This document shows positions 51,011 through 64,000 of a DNA stretch of 64,000 nt, one piece after another. This DNA is from Octopus sinensis (Eukaryota), in contig NC_043010.1 in the NCBI RefSeq assembly GCF_006345805.1, positions 21,762,001 through 21,826,000 on the forward strand, in the 5' to 3' direction. The notes below the pieces were generated by a model, which worked only from the letters and a program-made list of their open reading frames with translations, was not told where the DNA came from and ran no database searches. Positions within the stretch are counted from its first letter, which is position 1. Each line of letters starts with the position of its first letter. The translations under genes were made by a program, and so were the position numbers.

Positions 51011-52664
51011 GTAGAAGAAGAAGAAGAAAAAGAAGAAGAAGAAGGGAGAATATGAATGCGTGGAAGTAGTGGAATGTTGGATGACTTAAAGTTGGCACGT
51101 TGTGGGTTATAGCTGTGATTGGGGCTGATTTTTAGTGGATTCTTAGGAATGTAATCTGTGTGTATCTGTGTGTGTATCTGTGTGTGTATCTGTGTTATTC
51201 TAAAGCTTAGGTGGATATATCGTTTGTCGTAGATGCGTTCAGAAGGGGCCTGTATTTTGTAATAAAGAGAGTTTCTTTACTTATTCGTTGGCTCGAGGTT
51301 GTATCGTCCATGAATTGGTAGAGGGGGGAAATCCTGAAGCTTGGAGTGTTGTTGTTGGCGCAAATATCTGTGTTGGCTGAATGCTATGTTTCTGTTTTGG
51401 GGAATTTTTATCTGGGATCTGTTTAGGGCCATTATTTTACGTAAACTATTTTCTGTTTGGCCTATGTATTGCTCTTGACACCCAGAGCAGGTTAGTGTGT
51501 ATATCAGGTTCTCCGAAGCACATGTGAAGTTGCTTTTCACTGTGAACCGTTGTCCCTGTTTGAAGGAGAACTCTGATCCCTCAATTAGATAATCACATAT
51601 CTCGCAATTGGGTCTTCCACATTGTTTTACTGTCGGCTTCTGTGTTGAAGAGCGTATTCGGGCTTGTGTTAGGAGACTTTTCATAGATTTGGACTGTCTC
51701 TTGCTTTTTATGATCGTGTGTGTTTGGAGGATTAAGTTCATTCTGTGGTCTTTTTGTAGCAGGGGTATGTTTTGGAGGATGGTGTCGAAGGCTTCATTAT
51801 TGAGAGGGTTGTGTGTGGAGATGTATGGTAACGCTTTTGGTTGTAATTTTTTCTTTAATTTGGGATGTCTGAGTTCCTGGATGTTGAGTTGAATGCATAT
51901 GTCAATTAGTGAAGGTGGGTAGTTCCTGGTGATGAGGGTATCTTTTAGTTCATGTAGTCATGTGTGTCTGGTGTTTGCATTAGAAACTATAGTACATATC
52001 CTTTTTGCTAGATTGAAGGGGGTATTCATTCTGGTGTGTCTGGGGTGGCATGAATTGAAAGGAATATATTGCTTAGAATCCGAAGGCTTGTAGTATATAT
52101 CTGTTTCTATTACATTATTAGATTTCTTAATGAGGATGTCGAGGAAGAGGAGTTGTTGATGGCTATATTCCATCGTGAATTAGATGTTTACGTCCAGTCC
52201 ATTTAAAATTGCTTGGAATTCTTTGAGTTTCTCTATATTTTCATGCCAAAGGATGAAACAGTCATCTAGGTATCTCTTCCAGTTGTTTTCTATGTAGAGG
52301 GAGAAAGGGCTGCCATATCTTTCTAGAACCTTACGATACAGATTGATTTCTAGATATCCCATGACTAGGTTGGCAAAAGAGGGGGCCATTCGCATACCCA
52401 TCGCAGTCCCCGATTTTTGTCGGTAGAAGTTGTCTTTGAAGACGAATTAGTTATATTTCAGGATGAATTTAACCCCTTCTATCAAGAATTCTTTTTTGGT
52501 GCGATGTGGGAGTTCGTTGGCGTGATTCTCTAGCCAGAATTGAATTGCCTCTATTCCTAGGTTGTGGGGGATATTGGAATAGAGGTTGACTACATCGAAG
52601 GATACTAGTAGGGTGTTTTTGTTTATAGTATTAGGCAGGTGATTGAGCATATCCAGGTCGTCAT
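50440..52664 (-). mobile_element. 5'-truncated Penelope-like element (Neptune-like): RT, Zn-finger linker, GIY-YIG, long 3' UTR and hammerhead-like tail
   Basis: Single frame ~52660-51375 with three in-frame stops (52447, 52180, 51958): SFDVVNLYSNIP, GTAMGMRMAPSFANL, WKRYLDDCF, FLDILI, CGRPNCEIC, LIYTLTCSGCQEQYIGQT. Frameshift near 51375 to ETLFITKYRPLLN. Confidence 0.9.
50465..50508 (-). ncRNA. hammerhead-like motif with compensatory U3-A8 core
   Basis: TTACAG-TTGAAAA-GGTC TGAAAT GACC C-GAAA-CCGG-T-A-CTGAAA: palindromic stem III ACCGGT and GUA triplet, in sense orientation at the PLE 3' end. Confidence 0.65.
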
Positions 52665-52947
52665 ATATATATATATAAGAGAGAGAATGTAATATCAAAT
52701 CTCTGAGCGAGATATAAACTGTATGGATACGGAACCCTAACGCATATTTGCCAAATAAGTGTGGTGTAATATACAGGACAGTGCCACTGATGTTTGTAGA
52801 CCTAGGAAGATATCTTCTCCATCGATAACCTCCCCTCGCCAATACTAATCGGACACAGAATGTGTATCGTAAGCCAGTTGGAGGAAGTGTCTTCCTCGGG
52901 CTGTAATCATCAGTAGCACTATCCTGTGTCGAACACTATACTTAGCT

Positions 52948-53064
<117 letters not shown>

Positions 53065-53584
53065 TACCAGACAATTTGGAAAAACGGTCCTATGAACCTA
53101 TGTCTCGGTAAGGACGATTTTTCTTTTGATGATGATGGATTGGGCATTAGTGGTGATGATAGTGTAAATGGAGATAATAATAACTTCGGTAGTGTTGGCA
53201 GTGTTTATGACATTAGAGGTTCTAATAATGATGGGATATGTCGCAGATAATCACACGGGTAGGTTTGGTAAATTTATTGCTGTTTTGGAGGTGATGGGTG
53301 GTTGTGACACCGGTAGTGGTAATGGTAACATTGGTGTTAGAATAAAGGTGCAGCCCGGTGTTGTTGGTAGACGAATTATTGAAACGTGCCATGTGAATGA
53401 ATATTGTTAATATTCAAATGTTATAATGTGCTCGCATCGCAACTACACCGGGGAATAAGTTTGAGAAAGAGAACTCACTATGAATTTCATGTCAGAAAAA
53501 GCAAGATAACCATATAATACATGGAACTGTGTATATACATGTATATATATATGAATATATATATATGTGTGTATACATATATGT

Positions 53585-53634
<50 letters not shown>

Positions 53635-53650
53635 TATATATATATATATA

Positions 53651-53683
<33 letters not shown>

Positions 53684-53879
53684 TTCTTTTACTTGTTTAC
53701 TGCGGTATATATATATATATATATATATATGCATATGTATATATATGTGAATGTATATATATACATATACGTTAAGCCCTCCTTCTTCCTTCTTCCTGAG
53801 CGTCCAATAATACTATATTTGTTCCACGTCCTCGCGTTGTTGTGTTTTTTTGTGCTTTCATGTTTGGATTAACTTTATT

Positions 53880-53941
<62 letters not shown>

Positions 53942-54270
53942 ATATATATAATATATATATATATATATGTATGTATGTATATATATACAAATATTCTATA
54001 ATTATAAACATAATTATAATTAGGGGTCAGCTAATTGTTTCACCGCATACCGAATTTAGAAATTAGAATTTAAAAAATTCCTTTTCTACTACTCTAAGAA
54101 TCTCCACAACAGTAACACACCACTAATTAGAATTATGTTTATAATTATAGAATATTTGTATAATTTTATCTATAAAGGTCATTTTAATGTACCGATCTAC
54201 TTGGCAAAATTATTAATTAATTGATTGATTAATTAATTAATTTTATTAATGAATTTTACCCTTTTATTAT

Positions 54271-54301
<31 letters not shown>

Positions 54302-54428
54302 GATACATATTGGTAAACAAACCCGAAGTTTTCGTTAGATACGGAGGAAGAACGCCTATGAAAGTCTTTTATGCAATAATAACTATATTATGATTTATGA
54401 TAATAATAATATATATACTTAGTTATGC

Positions 54429-54483
<55 letters not shown>

Positions 54484-55688
54484 GTATATATACATATATA
54501 TATACATATACATATACACACACACACATATATATATATATATTATATATATATATGTATATATGTATGTATATATATATATATATAAATATTTAATACA
54601 CGCACTCTTGAGCACTTGAAAATTTTTTAACATGAACTCCACTCTTTTGACGAAAACGCAAGAAATTGAGAAATTGTGCATGACTGCATTTGTAAATCTC
54701 TAGATTTGTTTTTGTGGAGAAAATGAATAAATAAGTATAACAAATAGAAAAATCATGTTTGGTGAAGCTTCACATTCTCATTAGTCTGGGAGCGATAAAA
54801 AAGGTCACAGAAATAAATATATAATGTTTTACAATGTTAAATACGATCATCAGAAGATTTCAAGCAAAAGCTATTGTGATCCTTTTGAAGTACAAGAAAG
54901 AACTCCCTATAGAGATAGTCTGATATTATACAGAGCTTTATTGTTATATATGAAGAGGTCACTAGTAGAATTCCTCAAGCGAATAAAAACGGAGAAAGAA
55001 AAATAAAAGAGAAACATAGAAGAGAATTAAGGAAACTGCCAGAATAAACATGGTACATATACAATCATCGAACGCCGGCATAAAACCATTCCTTAACAAC
55101 AGGATGTCTTGTACAAAACTAAATGTCACTGACCACTACTACAAGTTCTTATCGAATATTCTAAAATGTCAGAGATCTTTTAGTGAAATATCACAAAGCA
55201 TAATTCTCACTATATAGAATTCTTTGGCTTATTTCGGATACATACATACATACACACATACGAGCGCGCGTGTGTATGTGTGTAAATGTGCGTGTGTGAG
55301 TGTGTGTGTATGTGTGTATGAGTGCATGAGTGCGCGAGTGCGTGTGGGTGTATAACAAAAACAAAGGCAGCAGCAAAGGAAATAACGACATTATCTGATA
55401 CAAAGACGACAGTGAAGAAATAATAAACATAACAAATTCATTTTAAGACAGAAAAATTGTTTGAAAATTATAACACGATTTTTGTACGTTGCCATCGTAG
55501 AAAAACAATTTTAAAATGATTTTGCTAAAAAAATAATCTACTTTCGAAATATTACTGGATGTTTGTTTCTAATAACAGTGGAAATAAGATGATGAATATA
55601 TACATACATACATACATACAATCATACGTATCTATATATTCATATATATATATGCAAGTATATGAATATGTATACACACACCTATATA

Positions 55689-55723
<35 letters not shown>

Positions 55724-55727
55724 TATA

Positions 55728-55834
<107 letters not shown>

Positions 55835-55916
55835 CACATACACACGCAGATATATATATATATAAATGTACATCTACAGTCATGTGTTCATAAGTACATC
55901 CGTTCTCAAATATATA

Positions 55917-55947
<31 letters not shown>

Positions 55948-56679
55948 ATATATATATATATAATATGTGTGTGTGCGTGTGTGTGTGTGTATGTAACATA
56001 TATATGTGTATATATGAGTATGTATTTATATATGTGTGTGTCTATCTATATCTATATATATATACACACATATTTATGTATGTATATATACGTACGTTTA
56101 TGTAATAGTATGTATGTGTGTTTTTTTCATTCGGTTATTATTTCAAATCTTCCTATATATAAATATATAAAGAACTGTTTATGTATCTATATTAACTTAT
56201 TTATTTATTAATTCGTTCTGTTATGCTAAAACATACATCACAAACTTAGGAACTTCGATAACAAAATAGAAAAGATATTGAATATTAGAAATGTTTTCAT
56301 ATCATCATTGTTCCGTTTACAAATGGAATTCTCTGCATACAAGTTGGGTTTTTGCAATCTGTTGCTGTAACAGTTACTAAAACACGTGCACCAAATAGTA
56401 TAGGTGAAAATTTCAATATATAACCTGGTTAGTAAATGTGTAGATTCCGAAGCAATCGACTGTACTCGTTTTCCTCGACGCCAGAAGAGCTTGTCATTAA
56501 AACGTAACGTACAAATAGTTTTTGTTATTCTTCAGTTTTCTGCCTTACGTACGCAAATATAGACTTGGTGTGTTAAAATTTACTCGATGTTTTGATAGGT
56601 ATTGTCAGATAATGTTTATTATTTCTTTATTGCCCACAATGGGCTAAACATAGACGGGACCAACAAGGACAGACAAACG

Positions 56680-56852
56680 GATTAAGTCGATTACATAGAT
56701 TCCAGTGCTTCACTGGTACCTAATTTATCGACCCCGAAAGGATGAAAGGCAAAGTCGACCTCGGCGGAATTTGAACTTAGAATGTAAAGACAGACGAAAC
56801 ACCGTTATGCATTTCGTCCGACGTGGTAAGGTTTCTGCCAGCTCCCCACCTT
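56680..56852 (-). mobile_element. SINE family B
   Basis: GACCCCGAAAGGATGAAAGGCAAAGTCGACCTCGGCGGAATTTGAAC...CTGCCAGCTC.CC.CCTT. Confidence 0.85.
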
Positions 56853-57394
56853 ATGTCAACTTATGTTTCTATGGTTGCAGATGTGTCATTATACAAAACA
56901 CATGCAAAACACACATACACACACACACACACGCTTGCGCGCGCGCACAATTTTACACGAATTTACACACAACCGCAACTACACACACACATACGCACGC
57001 ACACACACATAGACACACGCATAAACACAGACATAAACGCGCAAATAAACACACACCCTTTGTATCCTTCTTCATCACAATTCTTGGCAACTTCTGTGTT
57101 CAGCTTCTCTTATCTGTTATGAATGTTTTGAGGTTGTTTGCATCTCTGTCGCATGAAGGATAAGTGAGGGAGTAAACCTCGTTGGCTTGCTTCTCATTTG
57201 TCTTCATAATTTCTTCACAACAAAATATCTACGTAAAATGCTATTTTTTTATCTTTTAGCAAATTTTACAATCATCGTTTCTATAGAATTTTACGTTGAA
57301 GACAATTCTCGAAATAAAAAAAATAACAAAGTAAAACGTGGCTTAAAATTAACACTACTAAGTTATATTAATAATACTTTCATCTATAGACAAG

Positions 57395-57700
57395 GGCTGA
57401 ATTCTGTGGAGAGGGAGCTAGTCGATAGCATCATCCCGAAACAACTAAAGGCAAATATGGCCTCGGAGGAATTTGAACTCAGAACGTAAAGGCGACAGAC
57501 ATGCTGTAAAGCGTTTTTGTACAACATTCTGGTTTCTGCCAGCTCGCCGCTTAAGATCCAATAGTGTTACGCCGAGGTCGACTTTACCTTTCATCCTTTC
57601 GGGGCCGACGAATTAAGTACCAGTTGCGTACTGGGGTCGATCTAATCGACTGGCCCCCTCCCCAAATTTCGAGCCTTGTGCCTAGAGTAGAAAAGGATAT
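57395..57700. mobile_element. inverted pair of SINE family B copies (57395-57553 minus, 57565-57700 plus)
   Basis: CTGCCAGCTCGCCGCTT head on the minus strand next to a plus-strand CGCCGAGGTCGACTTTACCTTTCATCCTTTCGGGG body. Confidence 0.8.
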
Positions 57701-59159
57701 ATGGTTGATGGGAAAACTAATTTGTGACTAAATCCAGGTAACTGTTATGCACAGCTAGAGCAGAAATGCCAGTATAGGAGCTAGCGCTCGGTTGTCCGAT
57801 TTGTCAGAAGCGAGTAACATCTTGAAATCTCTGGTCTACAGTCTTAAATGAATGCTGCATGAAAGAATAAAGACATGACGGTCAGTGATTGGAAACTTCG
57901 TTTATGTTTGCTTAGTCAGGTCTTTCCTGGGGCTAAACAACAACGAATATGAGATACAAAGGTTGACTGAGAATCTCATAGTTCTTTGTTATCTGGAAGC
58001 ATAACTCTCAACAGACATTGAAAGCGAAAACTTTTATTTCTGTTTTGCTGTTGACAAACCACAATAACTGATCGAAAACATATCTTTAGTTATCGAGAAG
58101 CGGAAGATGGTATTTAGAGATAAATATTTTATATACCTGGAAAACTACACTCATTTTTCCATCTATTCTGCGATAAAAAAAAAGAAGCCTTGAAGTAATG
58201 CAATGAACATAACTCTTATTGCGATGTTATTTGAAGCTTGCATTTACTTCCATTTTATCCGGCTTAACAATTTTGCTTTGCAACAGTGCATCTACTAAGA
58301 AATTCTTCATAAATAAAGAATATACATGTAGATTGTTTATATATTTGCCTAAAACAAAAGTCATAATCTCTGACAAAAATTTCCGAAAAAGTCTGTTGGA
58401 AAATCTTTCTAGGTCTAGCTTAGCATCTATGAGCTTATATTACAGGTAATATATAATGCGAGAAAATAGCATTATCTTTTACTAAAGACAATCCTTGATA
58501 AATTATTTACTACGTTAGAGATTAAACAACATTTTTGTATAATATATCGTTGCTTTATCTCACTAATATATACAACAGACATGAAAACGAAATAGTAAAA
58601 AAAATGTTTGCTTAACTGAGAGTGCATTATATACTTTCCCGGATTTGTTATCTATGTTATCGACTTAAATAAACTTATCGTATTTCTATAAAGATTTTCT
58701 GCCCTGAAAACCTGATTTTACAGGACAAATAGAAACTCTAACTTGGAGCATACGTTAAAACATCAAAAATATGGTTAAGAAAGTATTTAAAAACATATTT
58801 TTATGGAGCCGCGTCAAATTGTAGGAAACGTATCAGTGAAATATTTCTGAAAAATCATGAAGGAAATCAAAATAATTGCTCCATGTATAAACTACAAAAT
58901 GGTACGAAACGAATGCATTTCTGTATAGGACTTTGACGAGAAATTTTGAATTGCATCTTCCATCACTTCTACAGGGCATCATGCAGTAAATCTTTCTATA
59001 AACAATCATTTCTCTTTACAACAATTTTCCTTCTTTTAAGATCCTGAACAATACTCAAGTAAGTGAGATTTTCAAATACATTAATTCGTCCGGTCCATAG
59101 ATTCTTGTAAAACACACATTCTGCTTCTTCTACAGAGTATGTGCGTATGTGTGTCTGTA

Positions 59160-59229
<70 letters not shown>

Positions 59230-59470
59230 AGATAAGAAAATGGAGAAATACATCTAAATCAAATATCAATTTCCAGATAATACTCAATCACATACTTTAT
59301 TAGACCACCACATAAGAGACTGTAGGGTTAAATATAAAAAGCAGAACAAATCAGTGTACATAAAGGAATGTACATAAAAAAGTGTACATAAAAGAGTAAT
59401 GTTGTATAATAATTAGAATATATTTAAGAAAGAATATAAATACAAGTAAATATAAATATAAGTATGAATT

Positions 59471-59601
59471 AGATCTTACAGCTGTTTCGGCCATGTCGAT
59501 AATTATGTCTCATTTTACCAATATTAGCCCTTTATGGCTGGTCAATATATAGATATAAATGAGACATTAACAAAAATATCGCAAGGCCTCTTCGGAGATC
59601 A
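59471..59601 (-). ncRNA. hammerhead-like motif with ~100 nt structured stem II extension
   Basis: GATCT-CCGAAGA-GGCC..GGCC-GAAA-CAGCTG-T-A-AGATC. Stem III ACAGCTGT is a palindrome; inner stems TGTCTCATTT/AAATGAGACA and AGCC/GGCT. Core has U4C. Confidence 0.65.
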
Positions 59602-60774
59602 TGTAATATAACACAGTCTACACATATACCCACATGGGTGTGGGTGCGTACCCACAATACAACATATATATATATACATATGAGTGCATATACTCACACT
59701 CCTATACATATAAAAAAAATATACATTTACATAATGATATAAATAAATAATATAAATTAGTAAACATATATATGTGTTCCACACCCAATGTCTCAGTTTT
59801 TCAACTTAATATTGTGATATTAAACATACACAAATTAATACCTAGATGTAAATATACATAGTCAATAGTACATTATATTACTTCATAATAGTTTCCAAAG
59901 TGTCATTAAAGTTAGTATCATTATCGTTGTCAATACAATTAATGTTATCATTGTTATCATTCATAATATTATTAATAACTCTTACATTATGATCCAGAGC
60001 AGAATATATGTATGTCCGTGTTCCAGTTAAAAATTTTCCTTATGGCATAAATATACTATTGGATTTGAATTTAAAATTATCATTTTCTTCCTCACGGTTG
60101 GTCAATTGAGAACCGCCCAACCTCCACCACACCGTACAAGCAAAACATACACATCCACATCTAACCCTAAACCCATACATCTACACAGAGACTCACAGAC
60201 ACATGTACACACACATGAATACACCCCGACACCTCTCTACAATAAATTGGAGAGTGCATGTCAATCATCGTGTTGCTTATAGACATATCAGTTCAGGCAG
60301 CAGTGTCTAACACTAACACACACACTCACACGCACATCCGCATATACGCATAAATATTAATACACTTTCCTATACTGTGTCAGGGAACTTTCGCACACAC
60401 ACATATATATATATATATTTAAATATATATCTGCGCACTCATACGTACAAATAAAACCCATATTTATATCTACCCATGAATGAATATTCGCATATACATA
60501 TATACACATCCAAGCACGCACCTGCGTGCCTATATGTGTGATGAAAACATACATCCGTAGATCCACCCACGATCCTACATATATGTACAAAAACATATAT
60601 ACTTACACATACACATTTTCACACACCTACAGAGGTTACTATCAATTTAGAATAAGTTTATTAATTATAAGTTAAATTAATTATAGATTAGTAAGTGCCA
60701 AATAAACTTCACTAGCAGTATATTGGATATACGTTATCCCATAGAGGGTTGCATTTACAACCCCTATCTCAATT

Positions 60775-60817
<43 letters not shown>

Positions 60818-60894
60818 ATGTAAACATATATATATATATATGTATGTATGTATATGTAAATATATATATATATATATTATATATATATGTATAT

Positions 60895-60956
<62 letters not shown>

Positions 60957-61224
60957 TATATATATATGTATGTATATATATATATATATATAATAGAAAT
61001 ATGTTACAAAAAGAAAATAGAAACTACACGTGGAATGTAAGGGGTAAATAAGAAGAAAAATAAGCGAAAATGCACATTGGAAATCAAAAAGAATAAAGAC
61101 TTTTTATGAAAGGTAACGATACCTATATACAATTAGATGAACTGAGGTAGGAATAAAAGTAATAAAAATCATTATTGTGAATTATTAGACAGATTCATAA
61201 GCATACCGGTTTCGTGAATTTACT

Positions 61225-62900
61225 AATCATTGCTTTGAATGCACACCGACCCATCGGTGCATTTGCGTCTGCCTTTGGGTGGTGCAAGTCAGCAGCTTAG
61301 GGATTTTCCTGTCAATCTTCCTTATTTCGCCCATATTCCACTTAAACACACTGCAACTGTAAATAACAGCAGGAATTGCTAAGGAATTTGTAGCTAACAC
61401 CTTGTTACGTGCATTGAACTCGGATTTTAGGACTGCCCGAACTCTCCTGTAACACTCCTTCCCGATCTTCTCTTTCATACTTGCATGTTGAATGCCAGAT
61501 CCCTCATTTATTCCGAGGTATTTGTAAGTTTGTTCCTGCTCGAGTTTTTTATGACTGTGTCAACATCTAACACCACTGAATGTGATGTCTTCAGTTTCCC
61601 TTTCTGGAGAGTGGCCTTGGCACATTTGTCAAGACTAAATTCCATCCCAGTGTCATCACTGAATTCTTTCATAGTACGTAGTAGTCCTTCAAGCTCATTA
61701 TCGTCTTTGCCTATTGTTTTAAGTCATCCATATAAAATAGATGACTTATTTTCTTATCGCCAATTTTATATCCATACCCTGATCTGTTAAGTACACTTGC
61801 AAGTGGTATTAGGGCTATGCAGAAAATTAAAGTTGAAAATGAGTTACATTGGAAAATGTATCAGTTAACATTAATATTTTTTTGTGGTCAGTAATCCATT
61901 AGTGTAGTATAATTGGAGATTCGTATTCCACACTGACATGTACTTCAGGACGCTTGAAATTACAGGACAAAGTTTGAAGATATCCATGATTTCAAAATCC
62001 ATGAATGCGGTGTGCTGTTAAAGGCCTTTTTATAATCAATCCATGCGGAATTGCGATTTCTGCGTTTGTAATGGCAGTTCTCAAGGATCATGCGATTGAT
62101 TAAGAGTTGGTCTTTGCATGCATCTAATCCTCGTCGGCACCCTTTTTTTCCAGTGGAGGGAAATAGCGTTCTGTTCCATAAATTTGCAAGTTTTCTCCAC
62201 AAGGATGGATGTTAAAATTTTATACATGGTAGATAGACATTTTGTGGGCCGATACTTCTGGGCAAATTTGGTCTCATTATTCTTCGGGAGTGGGTAATTA
62301 ACACCTCTTGCTAACCAATCAGGTGTTTTCGTAGGATCTCTCATAATGTCATTGAATAACTGGACTAACTTTTTGTGTGCGCACGGAAGTCAGGCGAGCC
62401 AGAAGTTTGACATCCTATCATTGCCAGGAGTATCATCTTTAGGTCTGCTATTGTGGTGTCTTCCCAGGCTTGTTCTGGTAAGTTTTGGTGGGATACATCT
62501 GTGTGCTTCATCCAGTCTGCATTTTCATTGTAACTCTTTTCATTACTCCAGATATTTTTCCAGAAGTTTTCAAATTTTTCTATGGCAGGCGGTTTTGTTC
62601 TTAGAATAAAAAGGATGGTTATATTTTCGAATACTCAGGGTGAGAGGACAGGATGGGTATTCACAGAAGTTGTAGATATTAGAGTTTTTAAAGATGATCG
62701 ATTGATTGTTCAAAAACTGCAGGTATGCATGTTTCTAAACTTGTTTTGAGGGAAATTTAAAATACACACAGGAAATTGTTGATATTCCAATCTGAGTGTT
62801 ATTTTTCAGTTGACCTACTGGGTTGTATTAGTGTTTCTGTGTTTGTGTGTCTTCGGTTGCTAACTGGTCATAGCAGCGAAGAACACGCGCAGCCGCTGTC
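61225..62900 (-). mobile_element. decayed R4/Dong-like (RLE) LINE, RT region
   Basis: PDWLARG...KYRPTKCLSTMYKILTSI, GCRRG..ACKDQLLIN, AWIDYKKAFNSTPHSWIL, LFYMDDLK, KECYRRVRAVLKSEFNARNKVLATNSLAIP. Confidence 0.85.
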
Positions 62901-62914
62901 AAGGCTGGCGCGCT

Positions 62915-63265
62915 CCTTTTCTCCTCCTCCTCCTCCTCCTCCTCCTCTTCCTCCTCTTCTTCTTCTTCTTCTTCTTCTTCTTCTTCTTCTTCTTCTTCTT
63001 CTCCTCCTCCTTCTTACAATCACTCGCCGAGACATACCTAGCGTCCTAGGGCGAGTGAAGCATAAGAGATGTTACAGTATGACTGAAAACCAAGGAAGGC
63101 GATGTGGTAGAGTCAGTGGCGAAATATCTGCATGTAATACAACACATATTTAAATTGATAGGGTTTTTCTTAGGATGTGGGCAGTATTTGTCAGCACAAT
63201 CTTTTGGAATTCTCTGAGACATGGTTCTCATGGGATATTATCTAGATATTTCTGACATTCCCTTG
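62915..63265 (-). mobile_element. 3' end of an RLE-type LINE with (GAA/GGA)n tail
   Basis: ECQKYLDNIP*EPCLREFQKIVLTNTAHILRKTLSI*. The 3' UTR motif CCCTAGG...CTCGGCGAG is also at ~3547-3573. Confidence 0.7.
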
Positions 63266-63329
63266 TTGTTGTTATTGTTGTTGTTCTTGTTGTTCTTGTT
63301 CTTCTTGTTCTTCTTCTTCTTCAGTTGTC

Positions 63330-63635
63330 TCATTCTTATAACGTGCTTTCACTGCACTACCTATCGCAGCTCTGTGTGACTTGGGTATGTGCTGTGGTTT
63401 GTTGTTTTACTCTTATTTTCACCGTGTTTTACATAGGATGTGTGCAGTGCCTAATAGTACTATTTTCTGTATGATATATATACTTGTTAGTCTTGCAGTT
63501 TTTGTTATATATTTATCTGAATATTTCTTTATCATACCTAATGCGCCTTCTATGATAGGAATTGTTTCCGTTTTTACACTCCACATTCGAGTTACCTCTA
63601 TTTCCAGGTCTTTTGCAGTTCGAAACATTCTTCGT
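63330..63635 (-). mobile_element. 3' end of an RLE-type LINE, same family as 3666-5770
   Basis: KDLEIEVTRMWSVKTETIPIIEGALGMIKKYSDKYI, and a 3' UTR matching 5660-5755. Confidence 0.85.
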
Positions 63636-64000
63636 TTCTTTTAGAGAAACAATTTAGGGGAGGGGAGTAGTCAATACCTTCGAAATCAGAGGTCAACTGG
63701 TACTTAATCATGGGTTCAAGGTAAACTTTACCGGCATGGATGTACTGTAAGACGGGCTTCTCGAGGAGCGCGCAGTGTCGGAAGCGTTCTGCACGCACTC
63801 GTTCAGTGACCGGGCATTGCTGACTTGTGGGTTTATGTTGAACAGCTGCTATCACGCTTGAGACGGATCTGTCTGTCGGCTGAGTCTGTAATGATGATCC
63901 CTCTCCCGTCCTCTTTCTATAGGGCAGGCAAGGCAGTTTTCCTTTGCCTTGTGGCTGTGGCGAAAGTAGTTGTTTGGTGGACTTGGCTGAAAGACATGCG

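Overview
Eukaryotic, very AT-rich, repeat-saturated DNA with no recognisable host gene. The SINE families and the density of (TA)n, (TAGA)n and (CAT)n microsatellites match my recollection of Octopus (cephalopod) genomes; this is not database-verified. Almost all ORFs in the supplied track are microsatellite artefacts or decayed transposon fragments. Contents: (i) at least four tRNA-headed SINE families; (ii) several R4/Dong-like (RLE-type) LINE copies, two CR1-like 3' ends and a nested RTE-like 3' end; (iii) Penelope-like elements (PLEs), including a near-continuous RT + GIY-YIG frame at 50.4-52.7 kb and many 3' tails; (iv) DNA transposons: three mariners, a maT/DD37D-like element, a Chapaev-like element with both ends and a TAA duplication, and a probable non-autonomous Helitron/HINE. 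The most striking structure, read directly from the sequence, is about 15 hammerhead-ribozyme-like motifs from at least eight unrelated sequence families. They have type I topology and mostly a palindromic stem III. They include core variants (A6U plus an extra A; compensatory U3-A8) and one motif inside a tRNA-headed SINE. The window also holds at least seven fold-back palindromes of different ages. No cleavage activity, expression or family consensus could be tested here.
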